This document shows, one piece after another, positions 9,578 through 19,762 of a stretch of 64,000 bases of DNA. The DNA is from Bdellovibrionales bacterium (lineage in GTDB: Bacteria > Bdellovibrionota > Bdellovibrionia > Bdellovibrionales > UBA1609). Both the position numbers and the translations under genes were made by a program. The notes under the pieces are model-generated. The model worked only from the letters and a program-made list of their open reading frames with translations. It made no database searches and was not told the origin of the DNA. How positions within the stretch are numbered: the first letter of the stretch is position 1; each line of letters opens with the position of its first letter. Where the stretch lies: assembly GCA_965200875.1 (NCBI GenBank), contig OZ241456.1:384001-448000 (forward strand), in the 5' to 3' direction.

Positions 9578-10789
9578 TTACTTTTCTTTTCTAAAGGCTC
9601 TGGCCGAAAGAGTAACAAGAGATTTATTGTCAAAAGGAACACCCACACCTATTCCGCTCCAAGCTGAATAAGGAGGTAAAATGTGCTTATTTTTTTCCTT
9701 AAGAAAATTAAAAAATCGTTTAGATGTCATTTTTGTGTGAAAAGTGTTCACTTCCATAAGGTCGTTTATACTCAAGCCAGTGAGTCGCAATATTTTTTTC
9801 AGCTGCTCAAACAGAAAACTGTATTGTTCCTTCTCCCTTATATTTAAACGACTACCAGCTGAAAACAAAGTACCAATATATACGATATTTTTAAATTCAA
9901 TCGCTGTGGAAAACTTTGAACCTTTTCTCTGGTGATATCTTATATTGTGTTTGGAGTTTTTTAAACGGGCGCGAACTGTTATTTCCAGAAGGCCGGCAGG
10001 ATCTGCAATATCACTCACCATTAAGGGATTCCACACAATAGGTTTTTGGATAAATTCATCTCTGATTTTTTTAAAAATCCTTATATTTTTTCCACTGTTG
10101 ACTCCAACAACATGAAATGTATCCAGCTCAATCACCTCATCCAGCCCGGAACCCACAGATTCCAAAGCTTTTTTAAGAGTCAAAAAAGCATCTTTAAACT
10201 GCTCTTCCACGGTTTTTCCTTTTGATACTCCTGAAAGACCGGATAAATAAACCAAATCATCGTCAATAATGGCAGGAGTGTATTTCAACCGACTGATATT
10301 TTTATTCAGAGTATTTAAATAAATAAGTTTATCTCCTCCTTTTATTTTTTCTGCTCTAGCAGTTACTTTCAGCTTCTTGGTACCAGGAAAGAAATTTTTT
10401 ATTTCCACGGCAGTCCATGTTGGATAAGGAGGTTTTGGGAAGTATTTGTCTTTTACTTTCAGAAAGATTTTTTCATGTTTAGATATATCCACATGCCATG
10501 TGTAAATTTCCTTTATGTGTGAAATGTCCGATCCGGCGGTTTTTAATACTTTGGATAACTTGTTAAAGGTGGAATCAAATTGTTTTTCAATCGCGTTTTC
10601 TCCTTTAAACACTTCACCAGAAATTCCTGATAAAAAAAGATCATTTCCAATTTCAACAACCGCGCTGTAATGAGTATTTTTGGATGTTTTCTGAAAATCA
10701 GGAGGATTAATATGGTGCATTGTTGTTCCATCCTTAAATAGAGCGCAAGAGACAAAGAAAAGAAACACAAAAAGAAAACCATTTTTCAT
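9578..10789 (-). CDS. lipoprotein with three tandem Rid (YjgF/YER057c/UK114) domains
   Basis: FFVSC lipobox; three repeats of YS.AV...L.LSG...QF...L...G.....P.W. Confidence 0.85.
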   Translation of the reverse strand: MKNGFLFVFLFFVSCALFKDGTTMHHINPPDFQKTSKNTHYSAVVEIGNDLFLSGISGEVFKGENAIEKQFDSTFNKLSKVLKTAGSDISHIKEIYTWHVDISKHEKIFLKVKDKYFPKPPYPTWTAVEIKNFFPGTKKLKVTARAEKIKGGDKLIYLNTLNKNISRLKYTPAIIDDDLVYLSGLSGVSKGKTVEEQFKDAFLTLKKALESVGSGLDEVIELDTFHVVGVNSGKNIRIFKKIRDEFIQKPIVWNPLMVSDIADPAGLLEITVRARLKNSKHNIRYHQRKGSKFSTAIEFKNIVYIGTLFSAGSRLNIREKEQYSFLFEQLKKILRLTGLSINDLMEVNTFHTKMTSKRFFNFLKEKNKHILPPYSAWSGIGVGVPFDNKSLVTLSARAFRKEK

Positions 10790-12183
10790 AAAGATGTAAG
10801 AGTTTTCTTCGCAGAGTTTTTTATTAGGGATTGGGTGTAATTAATCCATTGCCTAGCCGTTTTAATCATCTGTCCTGTTGCTTTTGTGTTAATAACCTGT
10901 TCAAAAGATTTTATGGCTTTATCGTAGGCTTTTAAATTGACCTGAGCAATGCCGATAGAAATATAAATCTGTTCAGGACGTTTTATATTTCCTTTATGGA
11001 GGGCTTTCGTAAAAGAGTTTACCACTTTATTCCAATTTTTGTTTTTCATGTAAATATGTCCAATCTTGGCAAATATTTTCCCATCTTTTGCCGAAGAACC
11101 AGCCAGCTGGTAAGCTTTTAAAGCTTTATTTGTTTCGTTTGCTCTTTCCCAGCAATCTCCCAATATTTCATAATTTTTTTGAGAGAGCTTTACTTTTTTA
11201 AGCTTAATGGAGTGTTCCATTAAATGACCAGCTTTAAAGGCAAGCCCTTTATGCAAAAGGAGACTGGTTAGGTGTAAAATCTCTTGTTCTTTTTCCAAAA
11301 AATCCAATTTATAGGCCAAATCCAAGGTAGCCAGCGCGCGATCTTCTTTATTAATGTTTAGATAGACCGCAGAAAGCTGTTTCCAATATTTTTTCTTGTC
11401 CGGCCAGCGCGCAGTCAATGTGGTCAGAAAACGCACAGCGGGTATGTATCTCTCCATTTCCAAATTGAGACCCGTTGCAAGAGCTAGCCAACTCTCTTTT
11501 GGATTCGTAGTGGACTTAAGAGCTTTCATTACCAGTTCCAGAGCTTGTTTTTTTTGTTTTCGTTCCATCAAAACAGTGGCTTTTAAAACATAAAGTGGTG
11601 GAGGAATAGTGTCAGACAGATAAAATAATTGCTCTATAAGATCAGAGGCTTTTTTTATTTTATTTTTCATCAAATTCAAATAAGCCATATCGTACAGAAC
11701 AGATAGATGTTCCTTATAAGGAAGAGTTTTTAAACCCAAGGCTTTCTTATAGTAAAGGAAAGCTTTTTTTAAATCATCCTTGGATAAATAGACACTCGCT
11801 TTTAGCTTGTAAAGATGTGCTAAATCGAAAGGTCGGTTTTTCACTGTTTTTTCCAGTTTATTAATAAGCTTCAGGGTTTTGTTTTCGGAATTTTTTTGAT
11901 TCATTACCCGGTGAATACGATCAAGTCGCCGTTTCACTATAGGGGAAGTAAGAGCATTTTTGCGATTTTTAAGTTCTTTTTTAAAGGCTACCCACTGCTC
12001 AGGCATTTTTGTTTTAGTGTGTTGTGTTCGGTGATGTTCGGCAGATGGGCTTTCTTGTGTGTTGTTTTTTGTTGTGTTTTTTATGCTGTTTGGTGGATCT
12101 TTTTTCGCGACAAGTGTTTTTTGTTTTGCGTTTAAATATGGGCCACTGATCAACAAAGCCAGAAAAATGATTGTTTTTATCAT
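10786..12183 (-). CDS. secreted TPR protein
   Basis: signal peptide, multiple TPR-like helical repeats; ATGA overlap with the Rid gene. Confidence 0.8.
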   Translation of the reverse strand: MIKTIIFLALLISGPYLNAKQKTLVAKKDPPNSIKNTTKNNTQESPSAEHHRTQHTKTKMPEQWVAFKKELKNRKNALTSPIVKRRLDRIHRVMNQKNSENKTLKLINKLEKTVKNRPFDLAHLYKLKASVYLSKDDLKKAFLYYKKALGLKTLPYKEHLSVLYDMAYLNLMKNKIKKASDLIEQLFYLSDTIPPPLYVLKATVLMERKQKKQALELVMKALKSTTNPKESWLALATGLNLEMERYIPAVRFLTTLTARWPDKKKYWKQLSAVYLNINKEDRALATLDLAYKLDFLEKEQEILHLTSLLLHKGLAFKAGHLMEHSIKLKKVKLSQKNYEILGDCWERANETNKALKAYQLAGSSAKDGKIFAKIGHIYMKNKNWNKVVNSFTKALHKGNIKRPEQIYISIGIAQVNLKAYDKAIKSFEQVINTKATGQMIKTARQWINYTQSLIKNSAKKTLTSL

Positions 12184-12268
12184 AAGAAAACACCTTGTGT
12201 TGAACCAACCCGATAAAGTTTTTATATACCAATAATTGTCATTAATGTCAAAAATCTTAAAGGTTATT

Positions 12269-13561
12269 TTAAGAATGGTATTTATAGGCTTTTGGGTTTA
12301 TTTCGTATTTTTTGATTCGTTCGGAGAGGGTGCTTTGAGCTATGCCTAGCTCTTTCGCTATTTTTTTCTGATTGCCCCGGTAAAATGTCATAGCTTTTAA
12401 AATAAGATCTTTTTCTATTGTTTTTATTACCGGTATTTGCAGGAGTTTTTGAGTAAATTCTTCTTTCTTGTCTGATGATAAAACAGGAGTGTAGATGAGG
12501 TGTGGTATTTGTTTTACTTCCACTGTTGTTCCTGAAAACAAAGCCTTAGCTCTGGCGACTGTATTTTTAAGCTCTCTGATATTTCCCGGCCATGAATGCC
12601 TTTTCAACAGCAAAATCGCTTTGTCTGAAAAAGAAATGTTATATTCATTACAAAAAAATTGCAGAAGATCATCGAAGTCCTCCATTCTGTTTGCCAAGTA
12701 AGGAGGGGAAAGATTGAGCACATGCAGTCGGAAATACAAATCAGAACGAAATGTTTTTTGAGCCACTTTCGCTTTTAAATCCTGATGAGTGGCTGATATA
12801 ATACGAACATCCGTTTTTTTTACATTATCTGATCCAACCGGTTTAATTTCCTGATATTCTAGTGCACGAAGAAGTTTGGGTTGCAAATGCAGAGGGAGAT
12901 CTCCAATTTCATCCAAAAACAGAGAACCACCCTTAGCGGCCATAAACGCTCCCTGCCGATTGGTGAGCGCACCCGTATAACTACCTTTGACATGTCCAAA
13001 AAATTCACTTTCAATAAGAGACTCTGAAAGAGCACTGCAATTAATGGAAATCATAGGTCCTTTGCTTCTGTAGGAATAACGATGAATTAATTTTGCCAGC
13101 ATTTCTTTCCCTGTGCCTGAGGGACCGGTAATAAGAACAGGCATATTATTTCTGGCTATGTTGGGAAGTTTTTCCAGCTGTTGACTCCATTCCGGATTTT
13201 TGCTTTTTGTGTGAATATTCCAATGATTGTCAAATCTTTCAAAAGAGAAAGTAAATTCCTTTGTCCCCACTTGAATGCGATCATTGTTTTTTAAAACGGC
13301 TTTAAATACACGAGTGCCATTGAGAAAAGTGCCATTTTTGCTGTTCATGTCCTGTAATATAAAGCCTTCTTTTTCTTTTTTTTGAATGCGACAATGTCTG
13401 CGAGAAATGAAACCGTCGTCCAGAACAATGATGTTTTCGCTATCTCTGCCTATACTGACAAAGGAAGAGATTTCCCTTTGCTCTGTATGTGAATCTTCTG
13501 ACCAGCGCAGAAAACCATGATTTTGGTTGTTTTTTTGAGGAGTTAATTTTTGTGTTAGCAT
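12269..13561 (-). CDS. FHA-domain sigma54-dependent transcriptional activator
   Basis: FHA (IGR..ISRRH..SKNGTF), GPSGTGKE, GSYTGA, FLDEIG, WPGNIREL, Fis HTH. Confidence 0.93.
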   Translation of the reverse strand: MLTQKLTPQKNNQNHGFLRWSEDSHTEQREISSFVSIGRDSENIIVLDDGFISRRHCRIQKKEKEGFILQDMNSKNGTFLNGTRVFKAVLKNNDRIQVGTKEFTFSFERFDNHWNIHTKSKNPEWSQQLEKLPNIARNNMPVLITGPSGTGKEMLAKLIHRYSYRSKGPMISINCSALSESLIESEFFGHVKGSYTGALTNRQGAFMAAKGGSLFLDEIGDLPLHLQPKLLRALEYQEIKPVGSDNVKKTDVRIISATHQDLKAKVAQKTFRSDLYFRLHVLNLSPPYLANRMEDFDDLLQFFCNEYNISFSDKAILLLKRHSWPGNIRELKNTVARAKALFSGTTVEVKQIPHLIYTPVLSSDKKEEFTQKLLQIPVIKTIEKDLILKAMTFYRGNQKKIAKELGIAQSTLSERIKKYEINPKAYKYHS

Positions 13562-13656
13562 TTTGTGCTCCTTTTATATATATATCGTTATTTTTTATGT
13601 TTTTTATTGTTGCAAAAAACATAACAGGGTTTTGTCGTCTAAAAATAGGGTTTTGG

Positions 13657-13700
13657 ATTCGGATTCCGAATTTTTTTCAAAAAAGATTCGGATTTCGAAT
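13657..13700. promoter_or_regulatory. pair of palindromic operator/UAS-like sites
   Basis: ATTCGGATTCCGAAT (13657-13671) and ATTCGGATTTCGAAT (13686-13700), 29-bp period. Confidence 0.55.
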
Positions 13701-13869
13701 TTTTTGGATCAAGACAAAACTATATTGTTGCATCTTGTCAAGTTGGCATTCATTGGTTTTTTCAGGCAAAAAGTGAATGCTTCCTGTTTTTGTATATACC
13801 TGTTTTAAGTTTCTATCCTCCTTTTAAAATTCTTTTTGCCAATATGTTTAAACTTACCACTATTTACCC

Positions 13870-15219
13870 TCAGTACTTGTAATCATCTGGTTTGTAAGGG
13901 CCATTTACATCTAGGCCCAAATAATCTGCTTGGACTTGAGAGAGCTGGGTTAACTGAACACCCAGTTTTTCCAAATGCAAACGAGCCACTTTTTCATCCA
14001 AGGCTTTAGGTAGACGATACACTCCTGGAGCATAACTGTCTTTTTGTTTCCATAAATCCAGCTGAGCCAACACTTGATTACAAAAGGAGTGGCTCATTAC
14101 AAAAGAGGGGTGGCCGGTGGCGCAACCCAAATTCACCAAACGTCCTTCTGCCAAAACAATGATTTCCCGTTCATCAGAAAAACTATGTAAATCCACTTGT
14201 GGTTTTAAAAATGTTTTTTTGCTATTTTGGTTCAGCCATTTCATATCTATTTCCAAATCAAAATGACCGATATTGCAGACAATCGCTCCACTTTTCATTT
14301 TTAAAAAATGGTCTTTTGTGATGATATCTCTGCACCCGGTGGCTGTGACAAAAATATCCACTTGGTCAGCCACATTATCCACGCGAACTACATTGTAGCC
14401 TTCCATACTGGCTTGCAAGGCGCAGATAGGGTCAATTTCAGAAATCAGCACCTGCATTCCATAAGCGCGAAGACTTTGCGCAGATCCTTTGCCTACATCC
14501 CCATAGCCAGCTACCAAGGCAGTTTTTCCAGCCAGCATAATGTCCGTGGCTCTTTTGATTCCATCCACCAAAGATTCTCTGCATCCATACAGGTTATCAA
14601 ATTTGGACTTAGTTACAGAATCATTGACATTAATGGCTGGTGCTTTCAGTTTTCCTTCTCTCTGCAATCTTTCTAAGTTTCTTACACCGGTAGTGGTTTC
14701 TTCAGAAATACCCACCACTTTTTTCATTAAGTGGCTATACTCCGGCTTGTGCATAACATTGGTTAAATCCCCTCCATCATCCAGAATCAAATCGAAGCCA
14801 CCTGGCCCCCAACCTTTAATGGTTTGTTCGATACACCACCAGTATTCTTCTTCTGTTTCTCCTTTCCATGCGAAAACAGGCACTCCAGCTTGTGCCATTG
14901 CCACTGCTGAATGATCCTGAGTGGAATAAATGTTGCAGGAACTCCACCTTACCTGAGCACCTAACTCTATCAGAGTTTCTATCAGCACTGCTGTTTGAAT
15001 AGTCAGATGCAGGCAACCTGTTATCCGCGCACCTTTTAAAGGTTTTGATCCAGAGTATTCTTTTCTTAAAAACATTAACCCGGGCATTTCATTTTCTGCT
15101 AGGCGGATTTCCTCCCGTCCATAACGGTTTAAATCTTTCATTTTTTCCGGGTTGTTCATAGCCTCTTTACACACCCGGTAGTCAAGTGTTTCGTTTTCTC
15201 TTCTCTTCAGCTCTCCCAT
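13870..15219 (-). CDS. ahcY: adenosylhomocysteinase
   Basis: [45 protein letters not shown] before ATG 15219. Confidence 0.97.
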   Translation of the reverse strand: MGELKRRENETLDYRVCKEAMNNPEKMKDLNRYGREEIRLAENEMPGLMFLRKEYSGSKPLKGARITGCLHLTIQTAVLIETLIELGAQVRWSSCNIYSTQDHSAVAMAQAGVPVFAWKGETEEEYWWCIEQTIKGWGPGGFDLILDDGGDLTNVMHKPEYSHLMKKVVGISEETTTGVRNLERLQREGKLKAPAINVNDSVTKSKFDNLYGCRESLVDGIKRATDIMLAGKTALVAGYGDVGKGSAQSLRAYGMQVLISEIDPICALQASMEGYNVVRVDNVADQVDIFVTATGCRDIITKDHFLKMKSGAIVCNIGHFDLEIDMKWLNQNSKKTFLKPQVDLHSFSDEREIIVLAEGRLVNLGCATGHPSFVMSHSFCNQVLAQLDLWKQKDSYAPGVYRLPKALDEKVARLHLEKLGVQLTQLSQVQADYLGLDVNGPYKPDDYKY

Positions 15220-15421
15220 AAAATGTTCTCCTTTTTTCGGCATTTTAATTCAGAGTTACGGGAATATACAAGTGTATTTTTTTCTAAAAAGAGGCTTTAA
15301 ACTCATCCATAGCTTTCACAGCATTATTTCTTCTGTTTTTATCATAGACATAAGTCGTTTGTTTTTGGTTAAAAAAGATGTGATAATTGAAAAAAAATGA
15401 ACAAAATCGGATTTGCAAAAT

Positions 15422-15823
15422 ATGGCTGAAAACAAAATAGAACCTGATTCCTTTAAACCGCATCATCATATTCCGAAGTTTTCAGCGGTTTTATTTAAGC
15501 TGGTTAAAAAACCACTTTTGATTTATTTTACAATAGCTGGCAATATAATCATGTTTTTGTCTGCTTATGTGTTTTTTCATTTTGAAAACAAGCTCAACAA
15601 TAATGTAGACACTTATTGGGACGCGCTTTGGTGGGCACTTTGCACTGTCTCCACTGTGGGGTATGGAGATATTGTGCCTATAACTGGAATAGGGCGTATT
15701 ACGGGTGCTTTTCTGATTATTTTTGGTGTTATGTTTTTTTTGGGTTTTATGGCCATTATGGCTACAGCCATGTCTGTTATCATCACCAATCAGAATTTTC
15801 CGGGAACAAACGGCGAACAATAG
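15422..15823 (+). CDS. minimal two-TM potassium channel pore protein
   Basis: ALWWALCTVSTVGYGDIVP selectivity filter between two TM helices. Confidence 0.9.
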   Translation: MAENKIEPDSFKPHHHIPKFSAVLFKLVKKPLLIYFTIAGNIIMFLSAYVFFHFENKLNNNVDTYWDALWWALCTVSTVGYGDIVPITGIGRITGAFLIIFGVMFFLGFMAIMATAMSVIITNQNFPGTNGEQ

Positions 15824-16041
15824 AAAACCCGGATTTTTCTTTGTTTTTTTGACCAAAAATCCAAGAAAAATTGCATTATAGTTGTATATGATATATAAGA
15901 ACGAACCATTGTGGATTATTTTTTTGCAGATTGTAGATTTTATCAGGTGATATGAGATATTATAAATAAGAGGGAAGTTTGAGGCATAATATAACCTGCG
16001 AAAATAAAAATCGGGCAGGTTCCAAAGCAAGGAATATAAAG

Positions 16042-16368
16042 ATGATACAAGTTTCTGATTCCGCGGCTAGGCAAGTCCAGCTTTTGAAGGAAAGAGATAA
16101 ATTGAGCACAGATGATTTTTTGCGGGTCTCTGTCAAAGAAGGGGGATGTTCAGGGTTTTCTTATAAATTGGATTTCGATAAAGAAAAACAAACTAACGAT
16201 AAAGTTTTTGAATGTAATGGTGTTCAGCTGATTGTGGATTCCAAAAGTCTGCTCTATTTAATGGGTATGACTCTGAATTTTGACGGTGGTTTGAACGGCA
16301 AAGGGTTTACCTTTTCCAATCCAAACGCCTCTAAAACCTGTGGCTGTGGTTTTTCCTTCAATGTTTAA
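16042..16368 (+). CDS. A-type Fe-S carrier (IscA/ErpA/HesB family)
   Basis: GGCSGFSY and CGCG.SF motifs. Confidence 0.93.
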   Translation: MIQVSDSAARQVQLLKERDKLSTDDFLRVSVKEGGCSGFSYKLDFDKEKQTNDKVFECNGVQLIVDSKSLLYLMGMTLNFDGGLNGKGFTFSNPNASKTCGCGFSFNV

Positions 16369-16396
16369 AAACAAGTATTCCCATTAACGAGGAATC

Positions 16397-17350
16397 ATGC
16401 AGATGAAAAAATCCATATTTGAAGGTGCTGAAAAAAAACTGGAAGTGATTTTTTCTCCTGTTATGGAGCCTCTAAGAAATAAACCAGAGGCTTTTTGGAA
16501 AACCCTTTGTGAAAAATCAAATGCCCATATTGTGTCCTGTTTTTCCAATTCTTTTTGTGACTCTTATGTGTTGTCTGAGTCTAGTCTGTTTGTGTGGGAC
16601 CATCGCCTACTTATACTGACCTGTGGCAACACCTCTTTGGTTGACTCTATTTTGGTTTTGTTGAAGAGCTTTAAGAAAGCGGATATGGAGTTAATATTTT
16701 ATCAAAGAAAAAATGAATTTTTCCCTTATAAACAAAAAACTTCTTTTATGGAGGATCTTGAAAAGATCCGAAAAAAAATCCCAGGCCAGGCTTATTGTTT
16801 TGGAGTCCCGGAGGAGCGTCATTTTTATTTATTTCACTCAGAAGGGCAATGTCGTCCCGATCAATCCGATCGCACTATTGAAATACTGATGTATGATTTG
16901 GATGATCATATAAAAAAGCTGTTTTTTACAGCGGATTCTGCCGGGGATATTAAAAATCGTCTTGGCTTGGAACATTTTTTTGAAAATGCAGAGGTGGATG
17001 ATTATATTTTTAAACCAGTTGGATATTCTTTAAACGGTCTGGTGGGAAAGAATCAATATTATACCATTCATGTGACTCCTCAGGATCCAGGCTTTTATGT
17101 CAGCTTTGAAACAAATGTTGCTGAAAAGTCTGTTAATGAGATTATAGAGCGGGTAATATCCCTATTTAAACCCCTCAGTTTTGATGTTATAGTGTTTTCT
17201 TCTGATTCCTGTGGAGTGGCGGAAACATATAAGAAAAACTCCTTTACTCAGTCCTCTCATTTTTTCAGAAGGCTTGAGTGTGGATATCGGGTTAACTTTT
17301 TCAGCTTTTTTACACCCTATAAGAGTCCGCGTTTGGCTCTTGAATTATAA
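16397..17350 (+). CDS. speD: S-adenosylmethionine decarboxylase, class II (eukaryote-type)
   Basis: FEGAEKKLE, YVLSE/SSLFV pyruvoyl site, TCG, GYSLNG, TIHVTPQ; next to speE. Confidence 0.88.
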   Translation: MQMKKSIFEGAEKKLEVIFSPVMEPLRNKPEAFWKTLCEKSNAHIVSCFSNSFCDSYVLSESSLFVWDHRLLILTCGNTSLVDSILVLLKSFKKADMELIFYQRKNEFFPYKQKTSFMEDLEKIRKKIPGQAYCFGVPEERHFYLFHSEGQCRPDQSDRTIEILMYDLDDHIKKLFFTADSAGDIKNRLGLEHFFENAEVDDYIFKPVGYSLNGLVGKNQYYTIHVTPQDPGFYVSFETNVAEKSVNEIIERVISLFKPLSFDVIVFSSDSCGVAETYKKNSFTQSSHFFRRLECGYRVNFFSFFTPYKSPRLALEL

Positions 17351-17421
17351 CTGAAGGGTGGTCGCGTCTTTAGGGAAACCTGTTTTTTCACAGGTGATTC
17401 TTAGGAAAGAGAGGTTTTGAA

Positions 17422-18315
17422 GTGGCAAATGAGAGCAAAAAACCGGCTTGGGAAGAAAAAACTTCTCCCATGGATTTGTGGGTGGAGGAGCGTCACAGGC
17501 ATTACTATGGTACACGCTTTCGGTGCAGGCAGGTACTTTTTTCCGGTAAAAGTGAATATCAATATATTGATGTGGTGGAAACAGAAGGGCACGGACGCAT
17601 ATTGCTTAACGATGGAGTTGTCATGTTGAGTGAAAAAGATGAATTTGTGTACCATGAAATGATGGCACATGTTCCCTTGTGTGTTCATCATTATCCGGAA
17701 AAAGTATTGATTATTGGAGGAGGGGATGGAGGGACAGCTCGTGAGGTGCTTCGCCATGAAAATATTGCTCAATGCGTATTAGTGGAAATTGACAAAATGG
17801 TTGTGGAAACCGCTAAAAAATATTTTCCAAAAATAGCTTGTTCTTTTGAAACTCCGCGACTGAACTTGAAAATCCAAGATGGTGCACAGTTTGTAAAAGA
17901 GACAAAACAAAAATTTGATGTGGTATTAGTGGACTCCACAGATCCTTTTGGACCAGCAAAAGCATTGTTTAGTGAGGCTTTTTACAAAGACATATTTAAG
18001 CTACTTTCTGATGAGGGTTTGTTGGTGGTGCAGGCGGAGTCACCGTTTTTTGAACTACCCACCCAAAAGTTTATTTTACAATCCTTAAAATCTGTTTTTC
18101 CTTTAACCGCTTTGTATAATTACAGCAACACAGTTTATCCGGGAGGGCTTTGGTCTTTTGCTTTCGCCTCTAGGAAATATCATCCTGTAAAACATTTTCA
18201 GGAGGCAAGAGCAAAAAAACTGGATGGAAAGTTATCTTATTATAATACAGATATTCATAGAGCTGGTTTCGCTCAACCGGAATTTGTGAAACAATACTTA
18301 AAAGAGGTTTTATAA
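17422..18315 (+). CDS. speE: polyamine aminopropyltransferase (spermidine synthase)
   Basis: DEFVYHEM, IGGGDGG, DSTDP; GTG start after GAGG. Confidence 0.95.
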   Translation: MANESKKPAWEEKTSPMDLWVEERHRHYYGTRFRCRQVLFSGKSEYQYIDVVETEGHGRILLNDGVVMLSEKDEFVYHEMMAHVPLCVHHYPEKVLIIGGGDGGTAREVLRHENIAQCVLVEIDKMVVETAKKYFPKIACSFETPRLNLKIQDGAQFVKETKQKFDVVLVDSTDPFGPAKALFSEAFYKDIFKLLSDEGLLVVQAESPFFELPTQKFILQSLKSVFPLTALYNYSNTVYPGGLWSFAFASRKYHPVKHFQEARAKKLDGKLSYYNTDIHRAGFAQPEFVKQYLKEVL

Positions 18316-19569
18316 CAAAAGCTGTTTTGTTTCTTTGTCAGACAAATGTTTTAACTGGTTATTAATTCTGTCTATGGCTTTTCGTGTGTTTTTTAATATA
18401 TCATTTTGCTTTTTTTCCATAGTCTTTCTGTATTGCTCTTGGTTGAGCACAAGAGAAAACAGGTTAATGGTAAACTGTGAGTTCAATATTTTAAGCCGGT
18501 TCATGGTCTTTTTTTCTAACTCTCTTAAAATTTTTAATTCTTGCAAGAGCTTTGTTTTTTGCTGTTCTCTTTGTCTTTGTTCTTTTCTTTTTTTCTTTTG
18601 AAGTTTTTTTATTTCCAAAGCACTCATATTTCTTCCATAGCCCATAGCTTTATGTTTTTTTTGTGCCTGTTCCTGTCTTTTTCTCTCCTCGTTTTTTTGT
18701 TTCTTTTTGGCTTTTCGCTCTTCTTTATTTCTTTCCGCGATATCTTTTCGATTTTCTCTTTTTTCTGGAGGCTTCTTTGTTTCTGGAAGTGTCGCAAGTT
18801 TTTTTGTTTTTGCATTCATGATATTATTTAGTCGCTGATTTTCCTTAAATTGATTCAGAAGATTTACGATTTGACTATCTTGAGAAAATTGTGAGTGATA
18901 TTTAATAACAGATAAACCAGACCGATCTCTGATTTTTATGTCTGCATTATGTTTCAGAAGAAGTTTTACAGTTTCCAAGTTTCTGCTGTTATGGAGGGGT
19001 GTTCGCCCTCTGTTATCCTGTGCGTTTGGATTTGCCTTGTAATGTAGTAGTATTTCCGCGATTTCCCGATCTATGGCCAAGTGAAGGGGAGTTTCTTTTA
19101 TTATGTTTTCCGAATGCACTAGGGAAGGATCGATTTTCAAAGCGGCTAGCACAATTTTTTGATTTCCGACATGGACCATAAGAAAGAAAGGAGGGAAGTT
19201 TAATAAAGTTCCGTCATACAGTCTTCTTGGATTTTCTTTCATCAGTGCTATTGTGTCTTCTGTTGCTCTATTAATGATAGAATCAAATAAGGGGTTTGGA
19301 AGAGTAAAATAGTTTTTTGCTTTTACTGTTATATGCTTTTTATCTATTAAATATCGTAATATTTCCTCTCTGGTTTTATCTGCCGTGACAAAAGATTTCA
19401 GATCGGATTCAAAAGCTTTTTCCTGACTCCACTGTCTGCCAATAAGAAAATAACGTAATAGAGTTTCTGTGAATTGTTGGTGTACGGGACGTTCAAAGGC
19501 TTTTCTGCATACTGTATTGGCCACAACATGGTAAGTCCCTAAAAAAAATAATAAAAATATCCATTTCAT
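18310..19569 (-). CDS. secreted ankyrin-repeat protein with Lys-rich coiled-coil tail
   Basis: signal peptide; ETPLHLA, GRTPLH, LLKHNAD ankyrin motifs. Confidence 0.85.
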   Translation of the reverse strand: MKWIFLLFFLGTYHVVANTVCRKAFERPVHQQFTETLLRYFLIGRQWSQEKAFESDLKSFVTADKTREEILRYLIDKKHITVKAKNYFTLPNPLFDSIINRATEDTIALMKENPRRLYDGTLLNFPPFFLMVHVGNQKIVLAALKIDPSLVHSENIIKETPLHLAIDREIAEILLHYKANPNAQDNRGRTPLHNSRNLETVKLLLKHNADIKIRDRSGLSVIKYHSQFSQDSQIVNLLNQFKENQRLNNIMNAKTKKLATLPETKKPPEKRENRKDIAERNKEERKAKKKQKNEERKRQEQAQKKHKAMGYGRNMSALEIKKLQKKKRKEQRQREQQKTKLLQELKILRELEKKTMNRLKILNSQFTINLFSLVLNQEQYRKTMEKKQNDILKNTRKAIDRINNQLKHLSDKETKQLLL

Positions 19570-19762
19570 AATGATAACTCTCTATCATTTGTTGGTTTGT
19601 TTATACTTTTATAGTTTGATATTTCAATATCTTTTTTCCACTTGGACAAATCAATATTCTTTTATTGTGCGGGAAATGCACAGGTAAATATATTGAGGGT
19701 GTAAAAATTACAAAAAGATATATCAATCTGCTTGATTGAGTGGCTTATGCAGAAAGACCCTG

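Noticed and set aside
15220..15420. SAH/SAM riboswitch upstream of ahcY
   Set aside because: AT-rich leader with no recognisable conserved riboswitch core
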